Shown here one piece after another: positions 41,001 through 48,187 of a stretch of 64,000 bases of DNA. The stretch is from an uncultured Candidatus Saccharibacteria bacterium (GTDB lineage: Bacteria; Patescibacteriota; Minisyncoccia; Phycocordibacterales; UBA9973). Positions within the stretch are counted from its first letter, which is position 1. Each line of letters opens with the position of its first letter. Location: NCBI GenBank assembly GCA_964591445.1, contig CAZQAW010000001.1:83010-147009 (forward strand), written 5' to 3'. A program made the translations under genes and the position numbers. Below the pieces are notes generated by a model, which did no database searches, was not told where the DNA came from, and saw nothing but the letters and a program-made list of their open reading frames with translations.

Positions 41001-41153
41001 ACGCACCCAGATCTTGATCGAAGTGTCAGTCGGTGCGCCGAGTACCGCTCCATATGAAAGTGTTGCTGCATGTGTCGACGCAGGCACGAACAAAAATGTG
41101 CATAGTATCATGCACACAAAAAGAATATAGGTAATGTATTTCGTGAACTTCAT
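35022..41153 (-). CDS. 2043-aa secreted surface protein: PhoD-like phosphatase, Gly-rich repeats, three FN3-like repeats, peptidoglycan-binding domains
   Basis: Signal peptide; GDQIY, WDDHE, LDTR and SADQH PhoD motifs; GGGSGGSIW repeats; three DxT(A/P)PxISNIV...YHFRV units; VDG.FG C-terminal repeats. Confidence 0.85.
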   Translation of the reverse strand: MKFTKYITYILFVCMILCTFLFVPASTHAATLSYGAVLGAPTDTSIKIWVRSDSASTYKVEYKLTGDAYPGTITSGVALSSGTDYTGTISITGLLPDTSYDYRVLIDDVVQSGNGSSGTFVTLKTSGTACSYVFSLSADIDTGAVSAGNETLNFDEIVNTATPNFNVFLGDQIYGPSSGTQADIETYYKANWIDSAMKTFTKAIGSVFMWDDHELLTPDDHVTLSLNDHDWDAGKTSGYSVSRLAFDNYQGQVNPSVRVPNELYYSFNVCDTSFFMLDTRTHRGKDRGYESNSNRMLGAAQMAHLKSWLKNSTATFKFILSPTPWSDAVANANDSFYTFNTERQEIYTFLKRNNLKNVFVLSADQHNTVSYKNPLSTSHNYAEFGASPLNSSIKATTPAGAGAELVCSNSTSGNHYGIISVDTTGTPQVNLKSYRAAPYVNAGNTGAGSHTLICDQTYTVATLSPSTATVSSAASQVYTVSGSTTAISTLTITDASTATITATNDIRVRIPTELNMLWDTTDTTVTIGGGAAAKVSTTVSYEESGKVLVLNVTSNFSANDAITVSGLSLTTFSQVSAPTNLGIDTSNDGGSDALDNRTMTISSAAAAGIYSAYNQVFSQSQAAQAIQTITVVDGQTPVITSTNDIRIKIPAGAAMVWDTTDTTATFSGTASAKASTTVSYADSDKTLVIDVTSSFSANDTLVISGLSFTTFSGTFSATYLGLDINNDGSVDANDSKTIRGVSSTTRVWTGLGQSGYWSDASNWSGVVVPDTGHAVIFDSTRSEDVIVDYSANNIASLTLDTGFTNTVTYTPYAVMGGLGSLTVTGAITVTAGTLRFQNDMHIDGDLSTVANDGTGYVINAGSITIGASGTLTTNAEGFPQALGPGSYISNVGSPGSIGSPGGSYGGRGGFDSNFTYSAGAPYGSSASPVALGSGGAFGAGCYPGVTCASQANGQGGAGGGALKLVASTVTVNGTLSANGEDASSGTGGTRNGGGSGGSIWFSNGSVSGSGTISAKGGSIPSHTDTTTSGAGGGGRVSFNGATYSFTGTVDVSGGTVNTAATSVGSRGQAGTVYFPSATLSNFTLTSNLTLGNDLQQTFGTLTVPNGYTLTLDGDIVAGTGYTLTATTLNVNSGGSIVGDGLGFPGGYTSASGVGATGNSSNRAAGGGYGGRGGNTALSYAGTGGAKYGSASSPVSLGSGAGRAKGGAGGGALKFVVSGTTTVDGTISSNGSIATGLAERGGGSGGSIWFSSGTVAGGGTIRANGGDGNQGGGAGGGGRVSFNGATYSFTGTLQVNGGTVTSTTGGHAGYTGTVYFPTQYPSSTFTLSNALKLGNDISYTFGTLTIASGGTLTLDSDPTASSNMGTGGTLNATYLTINSGGTLTVNAMGHHDTDTTTTGRGAACSSNRFNGAGHGGAGGQGQTTSTPLCPTITASDSQSYGSSTAPVTLGAGHLGGTTATSSYTATARGGGAMKLNVTDTLTVDGTLSANGDVGAAGGSIWGAVKNYAGTTGVITANGGAGGSGAIAGAASGGGGRIRFDYTNKTYSGTAPVANAGTGTSGTGSSNGSNGTFSESTVTDTTAPAISNIVVSSITATSATITWDSDERGSSLVEYGTTVSYGTSTTETDTSTRVISHTVNLSGLTGSTTYHFRVKSKDDAGTPNEGISSDQTFTTTVAPDVTAPVISNIVATPTHNSVQITWDTDEAASSIVDYGPTASYGTSTSEADTSPRVTSHSVTINSLSSSTTYHFRVKSNDAASNLGTSTDQTFTTTAAPDVTPPVISNIVATPTYNSVTITWDTDEIASSVVDYGPTISYGTSTTEADTSPRVTSHSVTINSLTSSTLYHFRVQSNDASSNLATSSDQTFTTSSAPVSGGAPGGAVIIIPTPPTNIQTPQNPGASVDTIAQKILAGYYKAGISKDEIKALQTYLNTEINAGLAVDGLFGKLSQAAIEKWKKTHTQSETPANTGTYTFKGYFKRGAKNAEIKEIQKYLNKALDLTLDVDGIFGKGTEAALIEFQKEHKISPAAGTFGAITRAYFNSHPL

Positions 41154-41248
41154 ACGGCTGCTTCAAAAATGTATTTGTATTATATCACCGAAGATATGAC
41201 ATGCCTATATTGGCAAATACAATAAACAATATATAATGGAAAAATCAA

Positions 41249-42640
41249 ATGATGAGCAGAACAAAGACCTATATTATAGTAGCAATTGCATTCATCCTCA
41301 TTGGCGGCATCGGCTTTTTGTCTGTGAAGAAAAATGCGCATACCGAAGTCGCAACCACAACGACAGAACTTCCTGCAAGCGACACTCTTGATTCAAAAAA
41401 TGAAACGATTGCCTCTGAAAAAACATCCGAGCACACCGAAGGAGAAGCGAAGATATTTTCAGACAACTTGGCAAGCGTCGGCAAAAACGAACACGGTCAG
41501 CGCGGCGAAACAACAAGCACAGAGACAACATCGCTTCTTATGCCGGTTGAAATCGACAAAACATTTACAAAGATCGGCGCAGGAAGAAGCCATGGAGTAG
41601 GCATAACAAGCGACGGAGATGTGTATACATGGGGTCGCAACAACTTGGGACAGCTCGGCTACAAAACTGACGATACGCAGTACAATCCGATTCCCCATCT
41701 TGTCATGTCAGACGCAAGCGACATAGCTGTAGGCCAAGACCACACTCTCGTATTGAAGAAAGACGGCACAGTATGGGGCTTTGGCTCAAACTACACGGGA
41801 GCGCTTGGAGATGGTACAAACACTGACCAGGCGACTCCAGTCAAAGTCAAAGATATGTTAGGTATTGTACATATTTTTACTGGATATAAATTCTCGATGG
41901 CAATTGCAAACGATGGCAAGGTCTATGCATGGGGCGCAACATGTGCACCTTCATCTGTGCGTGTTGCAGCAGATATTGCGGCGCGTATCAACACCCTGGA
42001 TGGAGGATATTACGACCCAGTTCCGTCCATCAACCCGAACGGCTACGACCATAACCAAGATTGCATCAACGAAGCTGTCATTGGTATTCACAGTAAATCT
42101 CCAGTGGAAATGAAGTCACTTTCTGGTGTGACAAAAGATATTTCGATCGGCTACGGACATGCACTTATACTTCAAAAAGACGGGTCAGTCTGGAGCTTCG
42201 GCTGTAACTTGTACGGACAAATGGGCAACCGCACATACAACAACAAAGTTGAAAATGCCAAGCCACAGAAGATCCTCGATATCGCAAACGTAAAAGCTGT
42301 TTCAGCAGGCTTCAGACATTCACTTGCGGTTACCGAAGACGGCAAGGTGTACATGTGGGGCATCAATGCAAAATTGGAAGACGGAAAACGGCTGCTGAAC
42401 AGCTCTTCGCCTGTTGAAATGAAAACACTTGATGTCAAAAATCTAGCAAGCGTCCACGCCGGCTATGATATTTCGTTTGCACTTATGAAAGATGGTGCGG
42501 TGTATGCATGGGGCGCAAACACAAACCATGTTGTGAACAATGCACCAGACCAAATGCTCGCACCAACTCTCATGCAACTTTCTAAGAAAATAAAGGTACT
42601 TGCGCCAGGCATAGACACCGTGCTTTTCCTCACGAAATAA
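41249..42640 (+). CDS. Membrane-anchored RCC1-repeat protein
   Basis: Repeated G..H...L..DG.V..WG.N..GQLG units. Confidence 0.88.
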   Translation: MMSRTKTYIIVAIAFILIGGIGFLSVKKNAHTEVATTTTELPASDTLDSKNETIASEKTSEHTEGEAKIFSDNLASVGKNEHGQRGETTSTETTSLLMPVEIDKTFTKIGAGRSHGVGITSDGDVYTWGRNNLGQLGYKTDDTQYNPIPHLVMSDASDIAVGQDHTLVLKKDGTVWGFGSNYTGALGDGTNTDQATPVKVKDMLGIVHIFTGYKFSMAIANDGKVYAWGATCAPSSVRVAADIAARINTLDGGYYDPVPSINPNGYDHNQDCINEAVIGIHSKSPVEMKSLSGVTKDISIGYGHALILQKDGSVWSFGCNLYGQMGNRTYNNKVENAKPQKILDIANVKAVSAGFRHSLAVTEDGKVYMWGINAKLEDGKRLLNSSSPVEMKTLDVKNLASVHAGYDISFALMKDGAVYAWGANTNHVVNNAPDQMLAPTLMQLSKKIKVLAPGIDTVLFLTK

Positions 42641-42641
42641 T

Positions 42642-43823
42642 ATGAAAACATTCCTTACGCCAACTCTACTTGTTGTTTCGTTTATTAGTTTCTGTACCGA
42701 CATCGCAACTGAGATGCTCTATCCGGTGCTTCCACTGTATCTTGCATCTGTCGGGTATGGGGTTGTGGTGATCGGTGCGCTCGAAGGATTTTCTGAAGCG
42801 TTTTCCGGACTCAATAAAGTTTTTTTCGGACATATTTCCGACCAGACAGGCAAGCGGAATATTTTTATGAAAATTGGGTACGCGCTTTCTGCCATTTCTC
42901 GCCCGCTCATGGGTGCAACAACTTCAGCGTGGGGAATTTTTGGCGCAAAATTTGCAGACCGAATTGGGAAAGGAATTCGTACTGCTCCGCGTGATGCGAT
43001 CATTGTTTCAGAATCAACTCCCGAAACTCGCGGACGCGCATTTGGTTTTCATCGAACGCTCGATGCATTGGGCGCAGTGATTGGCCCGATACTTGGAGCA
43101 CTAATACTTATAGTGCATCCAGGTAACTATCGCGCAGTATTTTTCTACGCTGTGATTCCCGGCGTTATCGCAGTTGCGCTGACGTTTCTTCTCAAAAAAG
43201 AACCAGCCTTGCCGACCGGTGCTATAAAAAAACGCGGACCAAGCTTGAAAGCATTTGCAACTTTTTGGAAACAATCTTCTAAAACTTACAAACAAATGGT
43301 GGTGGGTTTTACGCTCTTTGCGCTCATCAACAGCTCAAATGTATTTCTGATTCTGCGCGCAAAAGAACTCGGGCTCTCTGACTTGTGGGTGCTTGGCGCA
43401 TACGTGGTGTTCAACATTGTTGCGGCGCTGTTTGCATTTCCACTTGGAATATGGGGAGACAAATATGGCTTCAAATGGATGTATGTTTTTGGACTTTTCG
43501 TCTTTGCGCTTTCGTATGGGTTGTTCGGATTCGGACTTGCTTCAACATGGGCGCTCATCGCTCTGTTTGCTTTGTATGGCATTTTTGCATCTGTAAATGA
43601 CGGAACTGCACATGCTTGGCTTTCGCTCCATGTGCCAGCCGAGTATAAAGCAACCGGGCTCGGTCTTCAGATGACGCTTTCTTCGCTCGCTTTTTTTGCA
43701 GCGTCTTTATTCACAGGAATCTTGTGGAAACAGGTCGGTTCATCACTTACTTTTACCATACTGTCTTTAGCTACAGTAATAATGATCCTATACTTTGCGT
43801 TGCTTCGCTTCGAGAGCAAGTAG
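42642..43823 (+). CDS. MFS transporter
   Basis: DRIGKGIRTAPRDA and GRAFGFHR motifs; about 12 TM helices. Confidence 0.9.
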   Translation: MKTFLTPTLLVVSFISFCTDIATEMLYPVLPLYLASVGYGVVVIGALEGFSEAFSGLNKVFFGHISDQTGKRNIFMKIGYALSAISRPLMGATTSAWGIFGAKFADRIGKGIRTAPRDAIIVSESTPETRGRAFGFHRTLDALGAVIGPILGALILIVHPGNYRAVFFYAVIPGVIAVALTFLLKKEPALPTGAIKKRGPSLKAFATFWKQSSKTYKQMVVGFTLFALINSSNVFLILRAKELGLSDLWVLGAYVVFNIVAALFAFPLGIWGDKYGFKWMYVFGLFVFALSYGLFGFGLASTWALIALFALYGIFASVNDGTAHAWLSLHVPAEYKATGLGLQMTLSSLAFFAASLFTGILWKQVGSSLTFTILSLATVIMILYFALLRFESK

Positions 43824-44108
43824 TTTTTTCTTTTTCGCAATTCCCCATCGATACCCGCCGAGACTTCCATCTTTGCGGATGACGCGGTGACAAGGAACAA
43901 CAACCGGCAAACTATTTTTTCCAATTGCATGTGCAACCGCGCGAATTGCCGTCGGCTTACCGATTTTCTTTGCAATGTCTTCGTAAGTCCGAGTCTGACC
44001 ATAAGGGATGTTGCAAAGTTCTGCCCAGACTTTTTGCTGAAATGGCGTGCCCGTCTGCGCGGGCACGCCTCTTTTTTTAGTTGTATTTTTTATAGAATTA
44101 CTTTTCAT
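43788..44108 (-). CDS. Methylated-DNA--protein-cysteine methyltransferase (C-terminal domain only)
   Basis: GTPFQQKVW, IPYGQTRTY and PCHRV motifs. Confidence 0.88.
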   Translation of the reverse strand: MKSNSIKNTTKKRGVPAQTGTPFQQKVWAELCNIPYGQTRTYEDIAKKIGKPTAIRAVAHAIGKNSLPVVVPCHRVIRKDGSLGGYRWGIAKKKKLLALEAKQRKV

Positions 44109-44176
44109 ATCTGCGCTATAAGCTTCTACTGTAACACGACTTTCCGAGTTATTTCATTGACACAATGTTGTTATTT

Positions 44177-44440
44177 TTATTTCTTCTTCCACCGAGGAGC
44201 AAAGCCCGCCATGAATGCAAAAAGTTTTGCTTTCCATTTTGGTTCGCCTCGCGCAATGATCGCTTCTTTCATCGCTTTTTTGAATTCTTTTACGTCAGTA
44301 CCCTGGTAGCACAAAGCGCCGTTCGTGTAGCAGTACGAGCAGTATTTTTCATGTTCGCGGTTTGCGCCCATAGGGTCTTTTCTAAATGGCATCAAACAAC
44401 TTTCGCAATTCCCTTTCATTGTTTTTGGTTGGGGGTCCAT
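44177..44440 (-). CDS. Zinc-ribbon domain protein
   Basis: CESCLMP...YCSYCY...PRW. Confidence 0.8.
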   Translation of the reverse strand: MDPQPKTMKGNCESCLMPFRKDPMGANREHEKYCSYCYTNGALCYQGTDVKEFKKAMKEAIIARGEPKWKAKLFAFMAGFAPRWKKK

Positions 44441-44464
44441 AAATAATTAAAAATTACTGATAAA

Positions 44465-45397
44465 TTACGCTTTCAATTGTTCTTTTAAGAACCTATTCAT
44501 GATTTCTGAAATTTCTTTTGCGTGAGGACTTTTAGGATTATTGAAACTATGTCCTCCTTCTTTAAATTCGTGATACTCTACATGGTTTCCGTTTGACTCT
44601 AGTAATCCGACAAGCTTTCTTGCCTGATCTACAGAAACTCTTGTATCATCTTCTGTATGCATAATAAGAAGCGGAATATCTTTTGGTATTTCTTTATAAA
44701 ATTCCGTCGCAGACCTTTTTTTCATTTCTTCTTCTCCACCACCAAATGCTTTAGTAAATATTTCTCGCATTTCTGGCCTTTCTTCTGCAGATTGAGCTAT
44801 ATCTGTTGTCCCTGCCAAAGACACAATGGCTTTTACCCAAGGCTCGCGTGCAGCAAGCAAATAGCTCATCATACCACCTCTGCTTCTTCCAACGACAACA
44901 GATTTGCCTGGCTTTGACATTGGCAATTGATCTGCAATTTCTTTTACACGCACAACATCATTCAAATCGTTACCACCCCATTCATCTTTTCCTTCGGAAC
45001 CAATTGCTCCTCTATATTCTGACCCCACAACAATTGCACCATTCTTGACCAACTCACAAGGAATATCTATGTATGCATTTCCAATTTTTTGCCCCGTACT
45101 CCCTATTTCTGAGCTACCTCCTCTATTCCAAACTATTACCGGCAGTTTTTCTTTTATTTCTTTTGGCACCCACAAATAACCGGCAATATTCAAATCGTCC
45201 GACAAGTATTTGTATTTATAAGCATCTATTGATGCATAATTTTCTTCAATTCTTTTATAATCTTCTTTAGAAAAATGTTCCTTTGCCCATGTAAAATACT
45301 CTTCGTCGAGCTCTACTTTTTCAACATCAGAAACAGTGGCAATATTTTCAAGAGATTGCTGAACATTGAATACTGGTTTTCTTTCCGGAGATTCCAT
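44465..45397 (-). CDS. S9-family peptidase / alpha-beta hydrolase
   Basis: NRGG, YRG, GRSRGG nucleophile elbow, D.RV and GGH motifs. Confidence 0.88.
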   Translation of the reverse strand: MESPERKPVFNVQQSLENIATVSDVEKVELDEEYFTWAKEHFSKEDYKRIEENYASIDAYKYKYLSDDLNIAGYLWVPKEIKEKLPVIVWNRGGSSEIGSTGQKIGNAYIDIPCELVKNGAIVVGSEYRGAIGSEGKDEWGGNDLNDVVRVKEIADQLPMSKPGKSVVVGRSRGGMMSYLLAAREPWVKAIVSLAGTTDIAQSAEERPEMREIFTKAFGGGEEEMKKRSATEFYKEIPKDIPLLIMHTEDDTRVSVDQARKLVGLLESNGNHVEYHEFKEGGHSFNNPKSPHAKEISEIMNRFLKEQLKA

Positions 45398-45559
45398 GTG
45401 TGCATTTTAGCATACCTTGCAATGTAAATACTTATTTGACTACTCAAATATTATGTGATACAATGAGTATAAGAATGGTTGCCCTATTATGAGCAAAAGA
45501 TACATTCCCGAGGCTCGCTGAAAACTCACTAGAGTAGGCAAACTTAAATACATTTACAA

Positions 45560-46465
45560 ATGAATAGAACTCAATTCAAAGCAAGAATGTTACAAACATT
45601 CTCTAAAAAAGACGTAATGTTACTTATGGCAGCTTATGATTTTGGAAAGGCTGCACACAGAACACAAGAAAGAGAGTCCGTCCCCTCTCATGCTTTAAAG
45701 GAAGAAAAAAGGTATTTTAACCACCCTAAACGTATTGCCTTACAAATGTTTGAGGATGGCGTCAGAGATATTGCGACTCTCTGCATTGCTTTTCTTCATG
45801 ACTCATTTGAAGATAGTGGTATATTTGGAAACCAGAAAGTAGATGGGTATGACGAAGCTCTGGAAGATGTATTTTTCCGCTTAGAGAGAATGTTTAGCAA
45901 AGATATTGCATGGGGAGTTATTGACCTTACGATGCCTATTGTTCAACAGGACTTGCAAAACTTGGGCAGGTTTAGCTCAAAGAACAAGTGCTTGGCATTT
46001 TACAAAAACAATCTTAAAAAAGCAGACATACGTTCTTTACTGGTAAAACTGTATGACCGTTTAGACAATCTCGAAACCATCGAGGTTAAACCTCCGAAGG
46101 TTGTGAAGATGAAACTCGAAGAAACAGAAGGATTTTATATTCCTCTATTTTCTAAAAGTTTTTCAACTCATAACAAGGAATACCGTGAACTTGCAGAAAT
46201 TGGATGGAAGAAAAATTCTGAATTAGAGAAGCTGGTTAAGGAGAAGAAGTTAGCACCGCCAGCATTTCAAAACAGGTACGGAATAATAAAAGTTGGCACT
46301 CGTGTATCATTTCTTGTTGAAAACCAGGATTCTTGGGGTGGAGATAACAACGGAATATTGATTTATGAGAAAAATGAGTTTAAAATCAAGACCCAAAATA
46401 GTGGTATTTTAACCATCGACAAAGGTTATGATGCATACTCCGGGACCATACAACCTGTGAGTTAG
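45560..46465 (+). CDS. HD-domain protein, RelA/SpoT hydrolase-like (small alarmone hydrolase)
   Basis: AHRTQER...YFNHP, LHDSFED and VKLYDRLDNL motifs; promoter TTGACT(45436)-17-TACAAT; terminator 46481-46509. Confidence 0.8.
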   Translation: MNRTQFKARMLQTFSKKDVMLLMAAYDFGKAAHRTQERESVPSHALKEEKRYFNHPKRIALQMFEDGVRDIATLCIAFLHDSFEDSGIFGNQKVDGYDEALEDVFFRLERMFSKDIAWGVIDLTMPIVQQDLQNLGRFSSKNKCLAFYKNNLKKADIRSLLVKLYDRLDNLETIEVKPPKVVKMKLEETEGFYIPLFSKSFSTHNKEYRELAEIGWKKNSELEKLVKEKKLAPPAFQNRYGIIKVGTRVSFLVENQDSWGGDNNGILIYEKNEFKIKTQNSGILTIDKGYDAYSGTIQPVS

Positions 46466-46565
46466 TTAATGAACTTCAGTAATCGCTGTGTTTTTAAAAC
46501 ACAGCGATTTTTTTTATTTAACCTCGCTTATTAAATTAACTGCTTGTAAGCCCCACATTGTACCA

Positions 46566-47135
46566 CTACTTCTTCCTCTTGATAAATATCGTCATTAAGG
46601 TATTTGTGCATATCATGGCGATCGAGTGGAAGGTCGTCGCGATGTTGTACGCATTCAGAGAAAACAATGTAAGTACGTGACGCGCAACGTTCATTTCGTA
46701 CAGCAAAGGCTGCTCGGTCTCCGGATGCTGCCATGTTTTTCGCAAAGTAGGAATAAAAGCGATGATGTCGATAATCACCACGATCACAACAGAAATAGTG
46801 GGGTCTTTCGTAAGAGCCCATGGTATAAGCCCGAGAAGCGCAAAAGCAAGAAAGTAGTGGTCGATAGTGCGGATATGTCCTACCCTTTTTTTGAAAAGAT
46901 ATTTGAGCGAGAAAAGAAAAATAATGATCGTAAAACCTTCTGCAACCCCCGTCGGCAAAGCTCCGATACCGGCGCCTTTGGCAAGCCCACCAAAAAAAGT
47001 TGTCATGGAAACGATAGACCAAATAAACCATGTATAAGGATGCGGGTGTACTTTATTACGCACCACATCTTTGAGATAAGAAATGTTTCCAACAAAAGCC
47101 AGCACCGCGGCAATGATAGCAAGAGTTTCTTTCAT
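46566..47135 (-). CDS. Multi-TM hypothetical membrane protein
   Basis: PHPYTWFIW and PTLRKTWQHPETE motifs. Confidence 0.75.
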   Translation of the reverse strand: MKETLAIIAAVLAFVGNISYLKDVVRNKVHPHPYTWFIWSIVSMTTFFGGLAKGAGIGALPTGVAEGFTIIIFLFSLKYLFKKRVGHIRTIDHYFLAFALLGLIPWALTKDPTISVVIVVIIDIIAFIPTLRKTWQHPETEQPLLYEMNVARHVLTLFSLNAYNIATTFHSIAMICTNTLMTIFIKRKK

Positions 47136-47316
47136 GAGTTATAGTGTAGCATTTTAATAGATAATGATTTAGGTTTTCTGCGGTGTACTCGGGTATGGTA
47201 CCCGTGGGTGCAACCCTTGTAAGGACATTTTAGCATCTTTTTAAGAGTAAGACTAAGGTTTGTGGGTCGCTATCTGCAAATGCCAACAAATGCCAATTTT
47301 TTGATATAATGCAAAT

Positions 47317-48012
47317 ATGAAGATGACAGTCGGCGAATTAATAGCAAAAGAAATGAAAGAAGGAAAAAGCTCTGTGACCCTTCCAAATGGGGTTCTTCCG
47401 CCTGGGGCTAAAGAAGCATTTGAATCGCTTGCTAATATGAAGAAAAACATAGAAGAACCACTTAAAAAACAACTTGGTGCGATAAGATCTATAACTGATA
47501 TATATGGACCACAATTACAACGAATGGCTGAAGCTCAAAAGATAATTGAAGAAAATTACATCATTCCAGAAAGAAGAATTCAAAATGTTAGAATAGTTAA
47601 TTCTGAAGACATGATAGTCAGATCAAACAGAAAGGAAAATAATGTAGTTGTTGCATCATATCTGTTGCCTAAAAATGCTAATTGGGAAAGTTTAAGTGTT
47701 CAATTTTTAGATGGACACATTGTTAACGTCTCTTATTCAGGAATGAAATCACAAAAGTTTGATTTTAAAGATATGGGCTTTATGAACATGAAGACGAACA
47801 AGCCAGATTTAAAATGGGAATTACTCCTAGCAATTGCGGAAAATAGTGGAGCATTAACTAAGTCTAAATGGAACAGAAAATTTGGGCGAAACGTTAAATA
47901 TGAACTTAATGAGAGATTAAAGAAATTTTTTGGTATGGATTCAAATCCTATTTCTCACTACACTAAAAAAGGAGGATATCGAGCCACTTTTTCTCTCACA
48001 GAAGTTAAATAG
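47317..48012 (+). CDS. Hypothetical protein, possible C-terminal winged-helix regulator
   Basis: 231-aa ORF ending LNERLKKFFG...GGYRATF; TATAAT 6 nt upstream of ATG. Confidence 0.65.
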   Translation: MKMTVGELIAKEMKEGKSSVTLPNGVLPPGAKEAFESLANMKKNIEEPLKKQLGAIRSITDIYGPQLQRMAEAQKIIEENYIIPERRIQNVRIVNSEDMIVRSNRKENNVVVASYLLPKNANWESLSVQFLDGHIVNVSYSGMKSQKFDFKDMGFMNMKTNKPDLKWELLLAIAENSGALTKSKWNRKFGRNVKYELNERLKKFFGMDSNPISHYTKKGGYRATFSLTEVK

Positions 48013-48187
48013 TCATTGGGTATTAAATGACGATAAAGGGACTTTTTCTTGTTTAAGCAAAAGTCCCTTTATATTTGGGTTATTTTTAATATCTATTGAA
48101 TTGAAATAAAAAGAAATTGTCATTTTGTCATTCAATGACGAATATGTTTTAGAAGAGCAGCTAAGAACCTCTTCCGAAGAACATATT

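Noticed and set aside
36292-41130. Many short ORFs overlapping the 2043-aa gene and other long genes
   Set aside because: Alternate-frame or antisense shadows of well-supported CDSs.
45470-45559. Named riboswitch (c-di-GMP or c-di-AMP) in the HD gene leader
   Set aside because: Only isolated words (GCTGAA, GGCAAAC) match; the consensus architecture is not met.
47175-47232. Minus-strand peptide VAPTGTIP resembling a ribonucleotide reductase motif
   Set aside because: Six-residue match with no surrounding ORF; likely chance.
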